DNA of 64,000 nucleotides, taken from positions 18,475 to 82,474 of the forward strand of contig JAFCEE010000001.1 of the NCBI GenBank assembly GCA_017609285.1. Direction: 5' to 3'. The notes under the pieces are model-generated. The model saw only the letters and a program-made list of their open reading frames with translations, had not been told where the DNA came from and searched no databases. The DNA is from Candidatus Pacearchaeota archaeon (GTDB taxonomy: Archaea; Nanobdellota; Nanobdellia; Pacearchaeales; GW2011-AR1). This document shows positions 45,189-54,144 of the stretch, piece after piece. How positions within the stretch are numbered: the first letter of the stretch is position 1; every line of letters starts with the position of its first letter. A program made the translations under genes and the position numbers.

Positions 45189-45353
45189 TTAAACTCCTTC
45201 TGTAAGAATAGTATTAACATAATAACCTGCCTCTTGTAGAATCTGTCGTGCCTCTTTATCTTCTTTAGAAGGAGTTCGATTAACAAGTAAGCTTACCCAT
45301 TTCCTTTTTATTAATTCTCTAATTTTCTTTTTTTTCCAGGCATTTTCACTCAT
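45189..45353 (-). CDS. small hypothetical protein (54 aa)
   Basis: Sub-threshold ORF MSENAWKKKKIRELIKRKWVSLLVNRTPSKEDKEARQILQEAGYYVNTILTEGV. Its start overlaps the ftsZ stop (ATGAGTGA). UBA-like C-terminal pattern. Weak. Confidence 0.25.
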   Translation of the reverse strand: MSENAWKKKKIRELIKRKWVSLLVNRTPSKEDKEARQILQEAGYYVNTILTEGV

Positions 45354-46455
45354 AAAACTCTATACCAAGCTCAGAAGCCATATCACTTCTTTCTCTTTCT
45401 TCAAGGGTCTCTTCTCCTCCTAAGATTTGACTACTCTTCACTCCAGTCACAATCAACATTACTCTAATTGATTTTTCCATATCTTGTGAAATTTGAGCCC
45501 CCCAGATAAGTTTGGCTTCTGTTCCTAGTTTTTCTGATATATATTCTATTATGCTCCTAGCCTCATCTAAACTTAAATCAGGTCCCCCTATAATATTAAC
45601 TAAGGCTCCATTAGCATTGCTTACATCTACATCCAACAGAGGATTTTGTATTGCTTTTTCTACTGCTTCTATTGCTCTTTGTTGGCTATCAGATTCGCCC
45701 ATTCCTATTAAACTTACTCCTCCGTTTAACATAACAGCTTTTATATCAGCAAAATCTAAATTTACTAATCCTGCTTTAGTTACTAGCTCTGTTGTTCCTT
45801 TAACAGCATTAGTCAAAATCTCATCGGCGACTTTAAATGCTGTATGTAAAGGCAGTTCAGGAGCCAATTCAAGCAGCTTATCATTTGGGATAACAATTAA
45901 AGTGTCTACTACACTCTCTAATCTCTCTAAGCCATAATTTGCATTTTCTATTCTTTTTTTCCCTTCAATAGTAAATGGTAAAGTAACTACTCCTATTGTT
46001 AAAGCGCCTGCTTTTTTAGCAAGTTGGGCTATTACTGGAGCTGCTCCTGTGCCTGTTCCTCCGCCCAAACCGCAAGTAACAAAGACCATGTCACTTCTCC
46101 CTAACTTTTTCTTAATCTCATGTTCAGATTCATGGGCAGCCTCTTCACCTACCTTTGGATTACTTCCTGCACCCAAACCCTGGGTAAGTTCTCTTCCTAT
46201 AAGGATTTTAAAATCAGCATTTGTATAAAGCAGGTCTTGAGCATCTGTGTTTACAGCAATTAACTCTGAACCTTTAATCCCTATTTCTTTCATTCGGTTA
46301 ATAGTATTTCCACCGCCACCACCAACACCTATTACTTTTACTTTAGCTGACTGCTTTTTCAATAATTCCTCTAACTCACGGTCAATATCAAGAACCTCTT
46401 TCATTCCTTGCTCAGAAAATTCTTCTCTAGAATCTATATTAGATAATTCAGCCAT
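45346..46455 (-). CDS. ftsZ: cell division GTPase FtsZ
   Basis: 369 aa. GVGGGGGNTINRM and the tubulin signature GLGGGTGTGAAP. Confidence 0.9.
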   Translation of the reverse strand: MAELSNIDSREEFSEQGMKEVLDIDRELEELLKKQSAKVKVIGVGGGGGNTINRMKEIGIKGSELIAVNTDAQDLLYTNADFKILIGRELTQGLGAGSNPKVGEEAAHESEHEIKKKLGRSDMVFVTCGLGGGTGTGAAPVIAQLAKKAGALTIGVVTLPFTIEGKKRIENANYGLERLESVVDTLIVIPNDKLLELAPELPLHTAFKVADEILTNAVKGTTELVTKAGLVNLDFADIKAVMLNGGVSLIGMGESDSQQRAIEAVEKAIQNPLLDVDVSNANGALVNIIGGPDLSLDEARSIIEYISEKLGTEAKLIWGAQISQDMEKSIRVMLIVTGVKSSQILGGEETLEERERSDMASELGIEFYE

Positions 46456-46520
46456 ACCCTTCTAATAACTTTAAAGTTTATAAATTTTTATATAGAAATT
46501 TATATATTTTGAACAGAGAA

Positions 46521-47189
46521 TTATTCTACATTCTTTTTTTCTTTTACCTCTAAATCCAATCCTAAAATTTCCTTGAATTTCTCTTTAAACAGTTGAATAA
46601 ATTTCTTTTCTTCTGGCTTTGATTTTAAAATTAATTTTTTCTCTTTGATATCAAAAGGGAATTCTTTTTTAAAGAAAACTAACATTAAAGCCTTAACTTT
46701 TTCTTTCATCTCCTTTATTTTTCTTTTTATTTTTAACTCATAGACCACTTTCTTTCCTGCAACAGGATTATTGAAGTCAACTATCACTCTACCCCCACTT
46801 ACTGCAGAAATTTTTCCCAACAAACCATCAAAAGAAAACATCATTCCTGCTTTGGGTGTAATGTTTTGCCCTCTAAATACAGACAGGGGCATAATTTTTA
46901 TTAGCTCCCTTTTTCTCTCGCCAAAAGCTTTTTCTGGTGGGAGAGTTAGGGTATAACTTTTACCAACTTCCTTACCTACTAAGAAATCATCTATAGCTGA
47001 CAGAATCATATTTTCACCAAGACATATGGTAAGAGGTTTTATCTTTGTATTTAAATTTAGTTTTTTAGCTTCTTTCTCTACATTAGTATCAAATATCTGG
47101 CCAGTATCTTTAATTTTTCCTGTATATTCTATCTCAACAAAATCATTTTTCCTCAATTTTTCTTTCATTTTTGTATTTTCCATCATCAA
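46521..47189 (-). CDS. FKBP-type peptidyl-prolyl cis-trans isomerase (archaeal long FKBP/SlyD-like)
   Basis: 222 aa. FKBP core with IF insertion; ...GRVIVDFNNPVAGKKVVYELKI. Confidence 0.75.
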   Translation of the reverse strand: MMMENTKMKEKLRKNDFVEIEYTGKIKDTGQIFDTNVEKEAKKLNLNTKIKPLTICLGENMILSAIDDFLVGKEVGKSYTLTLPPEKAFGERKRELIKIMPLSVFRGQNITPKAGMMFSFDGLLGKISAVSGGRVIVDFNNPVAGKKVVYELKIKRKIKEMKEKVKALMLVFFKKEFPFDIKEKKLILKSKPEEKKFIQLFKEKFKEILGLDLEVKEKKNVE

Positions 47190-47233
47190 AATTGACCAAT
47201 AAGGTTTATAAACTTATTTTTTTTGTTTTAGTT

Positions 47234-47623
47234 ATGACACTCAAATTAATTAATGCTACTGAAGTTAGGAATGGTAATGTTATAATGATTCAGGATGAAC
47301 CTTGTGTTGTAAAGAATTTTGATATAAGCAAAACAGGAAAACATGGCCACGCCAAAGTTAGAATTGAAGCAGTAGGGGTTTTTGACAATAAGAAAAAAGT
47401 TATTGTTGTTCCAGGCCATGAAAGATTTCAAATACCAATGATTAATAAGTTAAAAGGGCAAGTGTTAAATGTGCAAGGTGAAAAAGCGAATATAATGGAT
47501 TTGGAAAGTTTTGAAACAATGGATGTAGCAATAGGCCAAGATATTAAAGAAGATATTAAAGAAGGAGACAATATTGAATATTGGGATATAAATGGAAAGA
47601 AGATAATTAAAAGAAAGTTTTAA
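47234..47623 (+). CDS. eif5a: translation initiation factor 5A (aIF-5A)
   Basis: 129 aa from the internal ATG (track ORF starts at 47171 inside the divergent promoter). Hypusine loop SKTGKHGHAKV. Confidence 0.8.
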   Translation: MTLKLINATEVRNGNVIMIQDEPCVVKNFDISKTGKHGHAKVRIEAVGVFDNKKKVIVVPGHERFQIPMINKLKGQVLNVQGEKANIMDLESFETMDVAIGQDIKEDIKEGDNIEYWDINGKKIIKRKF

Positions 47624-47631
47624 TAGAAAAA

Positions 47632-47796
47632 ATGGCAACAAAAATTCCAGCTGCTCAACAAAGACTATTTCACAGAATTTTTGTATGTAAAAATTGTGGA
47701 AGCAAAATTAGGGCTGACCCTAAAAAGATTATTGAAGGCAAAGTTAAATGCAGAAAGTGTAAAAAAAGAGCTTTCCGTACAATAAAAAAGAAGTAA
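47632..47796 (+). CDS. rpl40e: 50S ribosomal protein L40e (eL40)
   Basis: 54 aa, not in the ORF track. MATKIPAAQQRLFHRIFVCKNCGSKIRADPKKIIEGKVKCRKCKKRAFRTIKKK (RLF-x-R-I-C-x-x-C...CRKC pattern). Confidence 0.65.
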   Translation: MATKIPAAQQRLFHRIFVCKNCGSKIRADPKKIIEGKVKCRKCKKRAFRTIKKK

Positions 47797-47797
47797 A

Positions 47798-49189
47798 ATG
47801 GGTTTTTTTATTTATGACCTGATTTTCTTAATAGTATTTGGAACTTTTCTAACAATATTTCTTATAAAAAGAAAAGAAAAAATACAAAGAGAAGGTATAT
47901 TGATTCTTTATAGGACCAAATTAGGGATTAAAATTATAGATTATTTATCTAAAAGGCATAAAAAATTTATAAAATCATTAGAGTATATTGTCATTTTCAT
48001 TGGCTATGCTTTAATGTTAAGTATGCTTTATCTTTTATTTCACCTTGTGTATATATTTTCTAAATTTCCAGAATTTATTAGGGCTGTAAAAATTCCGCCA
48101 TTAATGCCTTTAATTCCTTATATACCGAGAATTTTTAAAATAGATTTTTTGCCTCCTTTTTATTTTACATATTGGATAATTGTTTTGGCTGTAGCTGCGA
48201 TAAGTCATGAATTTTGTCATGGAATCTTTTCCAGAATAAATAATGTCAAGATAAAAAGCACTGGTTTTGCTTTTTTAGGCCCTTTTACTGGAGCTTTTGT
48301 AGAGCCTGATGAAGCTAAAATAAAAAAGTTGCGAATTAAAAATCAGCTCGCAATTTTATCTGCTGGCACTTTTGCTAATATTTTGATGACTCTTCTTTTC
48401 TTTATAATTATGTGGCTTTTTTTTATTTCTGTCTTTACACCTGCAGGAGTAGTATTTAATACATATACTTTTTCAGTTGTTAATGTAAGTCAAATAAAAC
48501 CTGCTGGAGAAAATCTTTTTGTCGAATTTAATGGCGGTTTAAATTTAACCAAAGTTTCTGTTGATGGTAAGAATTACTATGTAGAAAATAAGGATTTAAA
48601 GTTGAAAGAAAACACAATTATTGTCTATGAAGATACACCGGCACTAAAAGCAGGTCTTGCAGGAGTAATTATAGAATTTGAGGGTAAAAAAATCAGGACT
48701 AATAGAGACTTACAGCAAGAACTTTTAAGTAAAAAACCTAATGAGATAGTAAAAATAAAAACATTATTCAATAATTCTATAAAAAAATATGAGATTAAAT
48801 TAATAGAAAGGCCTGACAATAAAAGCCGGGCATATTTGGGAATAGCCCTAATCAGAACTGAGAGCTTATCTTTGTTAGGTAAGTTGAGAAGTAAAATTTT
48901 ATTTTTCAAAGATCCAAATACTTATTATAAGCCGAAAATAGCTGAAGACTTGGTTGTTTTTATATACAACCTTATCTGGTGGATTATTCTTATCAATTTT
49001 AGTGTTGCTTTAGTTAATATGCTGCCCTTAGGTATATTTGATGGCGGCAGAGTTTTTTTCTTAAGTGTTTTGGCAATGACAAAATCTGAAAAGATAGCCA
49101 GAAAAGCATATAAGTTTTCTACTTATTTTTTATTATTTATCTTTTTGTTGTTGATGTATTTGTGGTTTATTAATTTTTTTGGATTATAA
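47798..49189 (+). CDS. site-2 protease family (M50) intramembrane metalloprotease with PDZ-like domain
   Basis: 463 aa. HEFCH (HExxH) in a TM helix, NMLPLGIFDGGRV (LDG motif), central soluble PDZ-like insert. Confidence 0.7.
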   Translation: MGFFIYDLIFLIVFGTFLTIFLIKRKEKIQREGILILYRTKLGIKIIDYLSKRHKKFIKSLEYIVIFIGYALMLSMLYLLFHLVYIFSKFPEFIRAVKIPPLMPLIPYIPRIFKIDFLPPFYFTYWIIVLAVAAISHEFCHGIFSRINNVKIKSTGFAFLGPFTGAFVEPDEAKIKKLRIKNQLAILSAGTFANILMTLLFFIIMWLFFISVFTPAGVVFNTYTFSVVNVSQIKPAGENLFVEFNGGLNLTKVSVDGKNYYVENKDLKLKENTIIVYEDTPALKAGLAGVIIEFEGKKIRTNRDLQQELLSKKPNEIVKIKTLFNNSIKKYEIKLIERPDNKSRAYLGIALIRTESLSLLGKLRSKILFFKDPNTYYKPKIAEDLVVFIYNLIWWIILINFSVALVNMLPLGIFDGGRVFFLSVLAMTKSEKIARKAYKFSTYFLLFIFLLLMYLWFINFFGL

Positions 49190-49299
49190 TTAAAATAAGT
49201 TTTTATCTTTATTAATTTATAACTTATTATAACTTAACTTAACAACTTAATAGGACTTATTTTAGATAGGTTTAAATAAAATTTTTTCTTCAGTTTGTG

Positions 49300-49372
49300 G
49301 GGCTGGTAGTCTAATGGCTTAGGACATCTTCTTCGCTAGAAGAAAATCTGGGTTCGATTCCCAGCCAGTCCA
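49300..49372 (+). tRNA. tRNA-Ala (anticodon CGC)
   Basis: Acceptor GGGCTGG/CCAGTCC gives the G3:U70 pair diagnostic for tRNA-Ala. Anticodon stem TCTTC/GAAGA with loop TTCGCTA. T-arm CTGGG-TTCGATT-CCCAG. Discriminator A. Confidence 0.7.
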
Positions 49373-49443
49373 TTTTTGTTTTTTGTAAATTATTATTTTT
49401 ATTATTTAGTAAGATTTAAAATAACTATCATTTTGGTCTTGTT

Positions 49444-50415
49444 ATGATATCTGAAAAAGTAAAGAAAATATTGAAGAAACAGCACTATTCTCTTGTTGGC
49501 AAACATTCAGCTGTACAGATATGCAGATGGACAAAAAAAAGTTTGAAAGATGAAGGAGTTTGTTATAAAGAGAAATTTTATGGCGTAAAAAGTCATAGAT
49601 GCTGTCAGATGTCTCCTTACATAGCTTGTCCTAATCAATGCGTACATTGCTGGCGTCCTATTGAACTGGATTATGGTTTAAAATTGGAACCTGAAATAGA
49701 AAGTATAGATAAGCCAAAAGAAATTATAAAGAAAAGCATAGAAGCTCAAAGAAAATTATTAAGTGGATTTAAAGGTTATGAGAAAGTTAACAAAAAGAAA
49801 TTAGAAGAAGCTCAAAATCCTACACAATTTGCCATATCTTTAATAGGAGAACCAACTTTATATCCAAAATTAGCTGAACTTATCTGGGAATTAAGAAAAC
49901 AGGGCAAATCTACATTCTTAGTTACAAATGGTTTATATCCAGAAAGATTACTAGAATTGAAAAAGAAAAAAGCTCTTCCAACCCAGCTCTATGTTTCCTT
50001 AAATGCGCCCAACAAAGGGATGTATGAAAGGTGGCATAGGTCTAAATTAAAAGATGCCTGGAAAAGATTTAATTCTACTTTAGCCTTATTCTCAAAATTG
50101 TCCACAAGGAGGGTAATTAGGCTAACTTTAGTTAGGGATTTGAATATTTCTCCTGACTACCTGAAAGGATATGCAAAATTAATTTTAAAAGCAAAACCGG
50201 ATTTTATTGAAGTTAAAGCTTACATGGCAGTAGGTTATGCAAGAAAAAGATTAGAATATGAAAGAATGCCTTCTCATGATGAGATTAAGGATTTTGCAAA
50301 GAAACTTTTAAAATTTTTGGGAGAATATAAATTTTTAGATGAACAAGTAATAAGTAGAGTTGTGTTGTTAGGCAAAGATAAAGGGAAAATGAAGATTAAG
50401 AAGAGTGAGATTTAG
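49444..50415 (+). CDS. taw1: tRNA 4-demethylwyosine synthase (radical SAM, Taw1/TYW1)
   Basis: 323 aa. N-terminal KQHYSLVGKHSAVQICRW, radical SAM cluster CPNQCVHC plus extra Cys (SHRCC), matching archaeal Taw1 architecture. Confidence 0.75.
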   Translation: MISEKVKKILKKQHYSLVGKHSAVQICRWTKKSLKDEGVCYKEKFYGVKSHRCCQMSPYIACPNQCVHCWRPIELDYGLKLEPEIESIDKPKEIIKKSIEAQRKLLSGFKGYEKVNKKKLEEAQNPTQFAISLIGEPTLYPKLAELIWELRKQGKSTFLVTNGLYPERLLELKKKKALPTQLYVSLNAPNKGMYERWHRSKLKDAWKRFNSTLALFSKLSTRRVIRLTLVRDLNISPDYLKGYAKLILKAKPDFIEVKAYMAVGYARKRLEYERMPSHDEIKDFAKKLLKFLGEYKFLDEQVISRVVLLGKDKGKMKIKKSEI

Positions 50416-50743
50416 AATATTTTTCTCTGGCATTTTCTTCATCTTCTTCATTTAAAAAGCTGGGAGAAAAAAATCTGTCATCTTCCAGACCCTCGGTAAA
50501 GTAAAGATCCATAAGTCTTTGCGCTTTTCTGAGAACAGAATCCCTTGGGTTTTTTTCCAAAAGAAAGATAAATTCTGATTCATCGAGAATTCTGCCATTA
50601 GGCAACGCTACTCTGTCAGGGATATATGGATTGCCTTGCCAATCTTGTAGATAGACAAAACCCTCACTTTCAAGTGAGTTAATCTCTTCTCGAATTCTGG
50701 AAATAGAATCATCAAAACTTTCAGAATTATTGGTAGATTCCAT
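50396..50743 (-). CDS. hypothetical acidic protein
   Basis: 115 aa ORF; elevated GC; no motif recognised. Confidence 0.3.
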   Translation of the reverse strand: MESTNNSESFDDSISRIREEINSLESEGFVYLQDWQGNPYIPDRVALPNGRILDESEFIFLLEKNPRDSVLRKAQRLMDLYFTEGLEDDRFFSPSFLNEEDEENAREKYSKSHSS

Positions 50744-50757
50744 TTTAATCCTAAATC

Positions 50758-51108
50758 CTACAGGTAAATAATTCCCTCTTTGGTTAGGGCAGTAAATCTA
50801 ACTCCAACAGGAATAGAAAGTAGAGCTGAGATTAAAGCCATATGCTCTTTTCCTGTTCCTGAAGCTATAGATAAAGCAACTTCTGTTCCCTTAATTTTGT
50901 TCTTTAATTTTTTTTCCAACTCCTCTTTTAAGTCCTTAATTCCTTGGCTACTTTTCACTTTTATAAACTCGTGTTTTTGCTCACAATTGAATTTTTCAGC
51001 AAATTCATTTCCTATTAGGATTACATTTTCCCATTCTCCTCTTTTTATTAGGCCAGCTACTTGTCCCCAAGTCCCTTTTCCTGAAGATAACAAAGCTATG
51101 AGTTCCAT
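50758..51108 (-). CDS. hypothetical protein
   Basis: 116 aa ORF (SSGKGTWGQVAGLIK...); no family recognised. Confidence 0.35.
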   Translation of the reverse strand: MELIALLSSGKGTWGQVAGLIKRGEWENVILIGNEFAEKFNCEQKHEFIKVKSSQGIKDLKEELEKKLKNKIKGTEVALSIASGTGKEHMALISALLSIPVGVRFTALTKEGIIYL

Positions 51109-51361
51109 TTTGTTTAGTTTTTATTTGGTCTTGCTTTTTTATAAAAAGAGTGCATTTATAATAATTTGTATAGTAAAGTTTATAAATAACTATCTCTAAG
51201 CAAAATTGCCATAAACACAGAAAATTGAAATTTTCTGTTTATTCAACTCTTATGGGTTGAAGACTACATAATCAAGAGATAAATTCTAGGCTCTTGGTTT
51301 ATAATGTAGGAGGCAAGAAATTTCACTATACAACTTATTGAAATTAAAGTAATAAACGAAT

Positions 51362-51997
51362 TTGGGTAAGAGAATGGAAAAAGCTAAAATTTTAGAAGCT
51401 CTAAAAAAATTAAGAGAAGAGACTAAGAAAAGAAATTTTTCTCAATCTGTAGACTTAATTATAAATCTTAAAAATTTTAATGTTAAAAGCGAGTCTATAA
51501 ACCTCTTTTTAGAGTTGCCGCATAAAGTAAAAGACAAAAAGATTGCAGCTTTTCTAAATAAAAAAAGCAATCTTGTCGACACTATAACAAAACAAGAATT
51601 TGATAAGTATAAGGATAAGAAAAAGATAAAGAAACTTGTTAAGAGTTATGATTTCTTTATCTCTGCAGCTTCCTTAATGCCTACTGTTGCTTCTACATTT
51701 GGAAGATATTTGGGTCCTGAAGGAAAAATGCCTTCGCCCCAATTAGGGATATTAAGACAAGAGAGCGAGGAAGAAATTAAGGGTGTTTTAGCTAAGTTCG
51801 AAAAGGTTGTTAGGATAAAAAGTAAAGAACCAAGTTTGAAAATTTGTATAGGGAAAGAAAATATGAGTGACGAAGATATATCTGAAAATATTATGGCTAC
51901 TTACAATGCTATAATAAATGCTCTTCCTAAGAAAAAAGAGAATGTTAAGAATATTATAATTAAATTTACTATGGGAAAGCCATTGAAAGTAGAATAA
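51362..51997 (+). CDS. rpl1: 50S ribosomal protein L1 (uL1)
   Basis: 211 aa; uL1 pattern (…FSQSVDLIINLKN…LPH…). Confidence 0.85.
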   Translation: MGKRMEKAKILEALKKLREETKKRNFSQSVDLIINLKNFNVKSESINLFLELPHKVKDKKIAAFLNKKSNLVDTITKQEFDKYKDKKKIKKLVKSYDFFISAASLMPTVASTFGRYLGPEGKMPSPQLGILRQESEEEIKGVLAKFEKVVRIKSKEPSLKICIGKENMSDEDISENIMATYNAIINALPKKKENVKNIIIKFTMGKPLKVE

Positions 51998-51999
51998 AA

Positions 52000-52854
52000 A
52001 TGGAAAAAGAAAAGAAAAAATTTAGAGATAAAGAAATTCCAGAGAAGAAGAAAAAGCAAGTTGAGGAAATTGTAGATTTAATAAAGAAAAGCGAGAGTAT
52101 AGTTATTGTTTCTATTAAAAACCTGCCAACAAAACAATTCCAGTTGATAAAGAAACAATTAAGGGGCAAGGCAATAATAAAAGTTGTGAAGAAGAGTATA
52201 ATAAGTAGGGCGATAGATAAAATAGAAAAAGGTGCTATTAAAAATTTTAAAAAATATTTAGGGGAGGACCAAGCATTAATTTTCTCTGAACTGAATCCTT
52301 TTGAGTTATCTTCTATTCTTTCGAAAAATAAATCTATGGCAAGAGCTAAGGTTGGACAAAAGGTAGAAGAAGATGTTGTTATTGAACCCGGGCCAACCGA
52401 ATTAGTTCCTGGACCAGTTATTTCAGAATTAGGTGGTTTGGGTATTAAATTTGCGGTAGAAGATGGTAAAATAAACATCAAAGAGAAAAAAGTTATTTTA
52501 AAGGCGGGAGAAGAAGTTAACGAACAAGCAGCAAGTATAATGGGTAAGTTAGATATGAAACCTATTGCAGTAGGTTTAGAGCCTGTAGTTGCTTATGATG
52601 CTAAAGAAGACAAGATATATGAAGATATAAAGATAGACCAAGACAAAGTGTTAGAGGAATTAAAAGAAAGCAAGAGAAAGGCATTAGGATTTGCTGTCAA
52701 GATTGTATATGCTTGTAAGGAAACAATTGGGTTCTTATTAAGGAAAGTTGAGGCTGAAAAAAAAGTTTTGGAAAAATTTATTAAAGAAGAAAGTAAGGAA
52801 GAAGAAAATACTCAACAAAATAAACAAGAAGAAAACAAGGAGGAAGGAAAATAA
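52000..52854 (+). CDS. rplP0: 50S ribosomal protein P0 (uL10)
   Basis: 284 aa; conserved L1-P0-P1 order; K/E-rich tail. Confidence 0.8.
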   Translation: MEKEKKKFRDKEIPEKKKKQVEEIVDLIKKSESIVIVSIKNLPTKQFQLIKKQLRGKAIIKVVKKSIISRAIDKIEKGAIKNFKKYLGEDQALIFSELNPFELSSILSKNKSMARAKVGQKVEEDVVIEPGPTELVPGPVISELGGLGIKFAVEDGKINIKEKKVILKAGEEVNEQAASIMGKLDMKPIAVGLEPVVAYDAKEDKIYEDIKIDQDKVLEELKESKRKALGFAVKIVYACKETIGFLLRKVEAEKKVLEKFIKEESKEEENTQQNKQEENKEEGK

Positions 52855-52856
52855 AA

Positions 52857-53144
52857 ATGGAATATATGTATGCCGCGCTTTTACTTCACAAGTTGGGGGA
52901 GGCAATTAGTGAAGAGAACTTGAAAAAAGTTATTTCAGCTACAGGGAAACCAATAGATGAAGCGAAAGTTAAAGTGTTAGTAGAGAGTCTGAGAGATGTT
53001 GACATAGATAAAGAATTAGAGCAAGCAACTGTAACAAGCGTAGCTCCAGCTGCAGGTGGAGAAGAGAAAGTTGAAGAGAAGAAAGAAGAAAAAGAAGAAA
53101 AAGCATCAGAAGCTGCAGAAGGCCTGTCAAGTCTGTTTGGTTAG
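52857..53144 (+). CDS. rpl12: 50S ribosomal stalk protein P1 (L12e)
   Basis: 95 aa. MEYMYAALLLHKLGE..., acidic hinge, C-terminal ...GLSSLFG. Confidence 0.8.
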   Translation: MEYMYAALLLHKLGEAISEENLKKVISATGKPIDEAKVKVLVESLRDVDIDKELEQATVTSVAPAAGGEEKVEEKKEEKEEKASEAAEGLSSLFG

Positions 53145-53234
53145 TTTTAATTATTAAAGATAAAAAAAGACAGGTCTTTTCAAAGCTAGTTCTAACTGTA
53201 AAGTTTAAAAGTCTCTATTTTCTTGTAAAAATAT

Positions 53235-53366
53235 GCCGCTGTCGCATAATGGTATTGCACCAGGCTTGAGAGCAGAAGAACCTGGGTTCTTCCGAACAAT
53301 CTCCTTTATAAAGAACAAGCAACCTGGGCCCTTCGGGGCATCCCGGTTCGATTCCGGGCAGCGGCG
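53235..53366 (+). tRNA. tRNA-Ser (anticodon UGA) with an about 51-nt intron at 37/38
   Basis: Acceptor GCCGCTG/CAGCGGC plus discriminator G. Anticodon stem CCAGG with loop CTTGAG and the 3' strand CCTGG found 51 nt downstream, so the intron is about 53271..53321. Long variable arm GCCCTTCGGGGC (type II). T-arm CCCGG-TTCGATT-CCGGG. Confidence 0.65.
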
Positions 53367-53413
53367 TAGTTTATTATGACAGAATTAAATTTGAATATTA
53401 AAAAGAACAATAT

Positions 53414-53713
53414 CTAACTCTTAAAAATTTCTTTTAAATTTTTCCAGAAAAGCTTAATTTTATCAAAAAACCCTTCTTCCTTTTTTTCCAATTCTTGTAA
53501 GATTGGTTCTCTTTCTATTTTTATTAATGGTTTTTCTTTTAATTTTGGTGCAGATTTTGCCAACTCTTCATTAGTTATTTTTATGGCCCTACTTACCTCA
53601 CTCCTCGAATAGCCTTGGTTGATTAAAGCCCATTTTAAACTTTCAAGAGTGTAACCTTTAGAAAGATTTTTTTTCAAATAGTCTACCAACTGTTTGATGT
53701 AACTTTCTGCCAT
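53414..53713 (-). CDS. hypothetical protein
   Basis: 99 aa ORF; no motif. Confidence 0.3.
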   Translation of the reverse strand: MAESYIKQLVDYLKKNLSKGYTLESLKWALINQGYSRSEVSRAIKITNEELAKSAPKLKEKPLIKIEREPILQELEKKEEGFFDKIKLFWKNLKEIFKS

Positions 53714-54144
53714 ATCTATGCCTCTTTTTTATTTTAAATTAAAGAATTAAAAGTTTATAAAGTTTGTTAAGAATGGGTTGTCTAAAAAATAAATATAAAC
53801 CTCTAGAACCTGAATTATTAATTTAAGATTTTAAGGTGATAAATTCCTACAAAAAACATACCTAAAAGAATAAAACTGCTAACTAAAAAATTTAAGCAAC
53901 AGGCGTGGAAGATTCAAGAATAGCATACGAACACGCATTAAAATCATCAGGAAAAAAGAGAAAATGTAATGGAATTTTTCATGAGGGTTATCCTGGTGGT
54001 GATGAAGTTGAAGCTTCCTGTTTCAAAAGACAGGGTCCTGGTTAGTTATATTAATAATAATTGGAATAATTGTTTATTTATTCTACAGGAAAAAGAAATC
54101 TTTAACAAGTTTTTAATTGGTTTTAAAAAACTCAAAAATTGTTT

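Noticed and set aside
49190-49299. Short AACTTA/TTATAAC-like microsatellite upstream of tRNA-Ala
   Set aside because: Only 3-4 imperfect units in an AT-rich spacer; most likely promoter-region low complexity rather than a functional repeat.
51969-52481. 170-aa minus-strand ORF antisense to the P0 gene
   Set aside because: Nested in a conserved r-protein gene; hydrophobic low-complexity translation.
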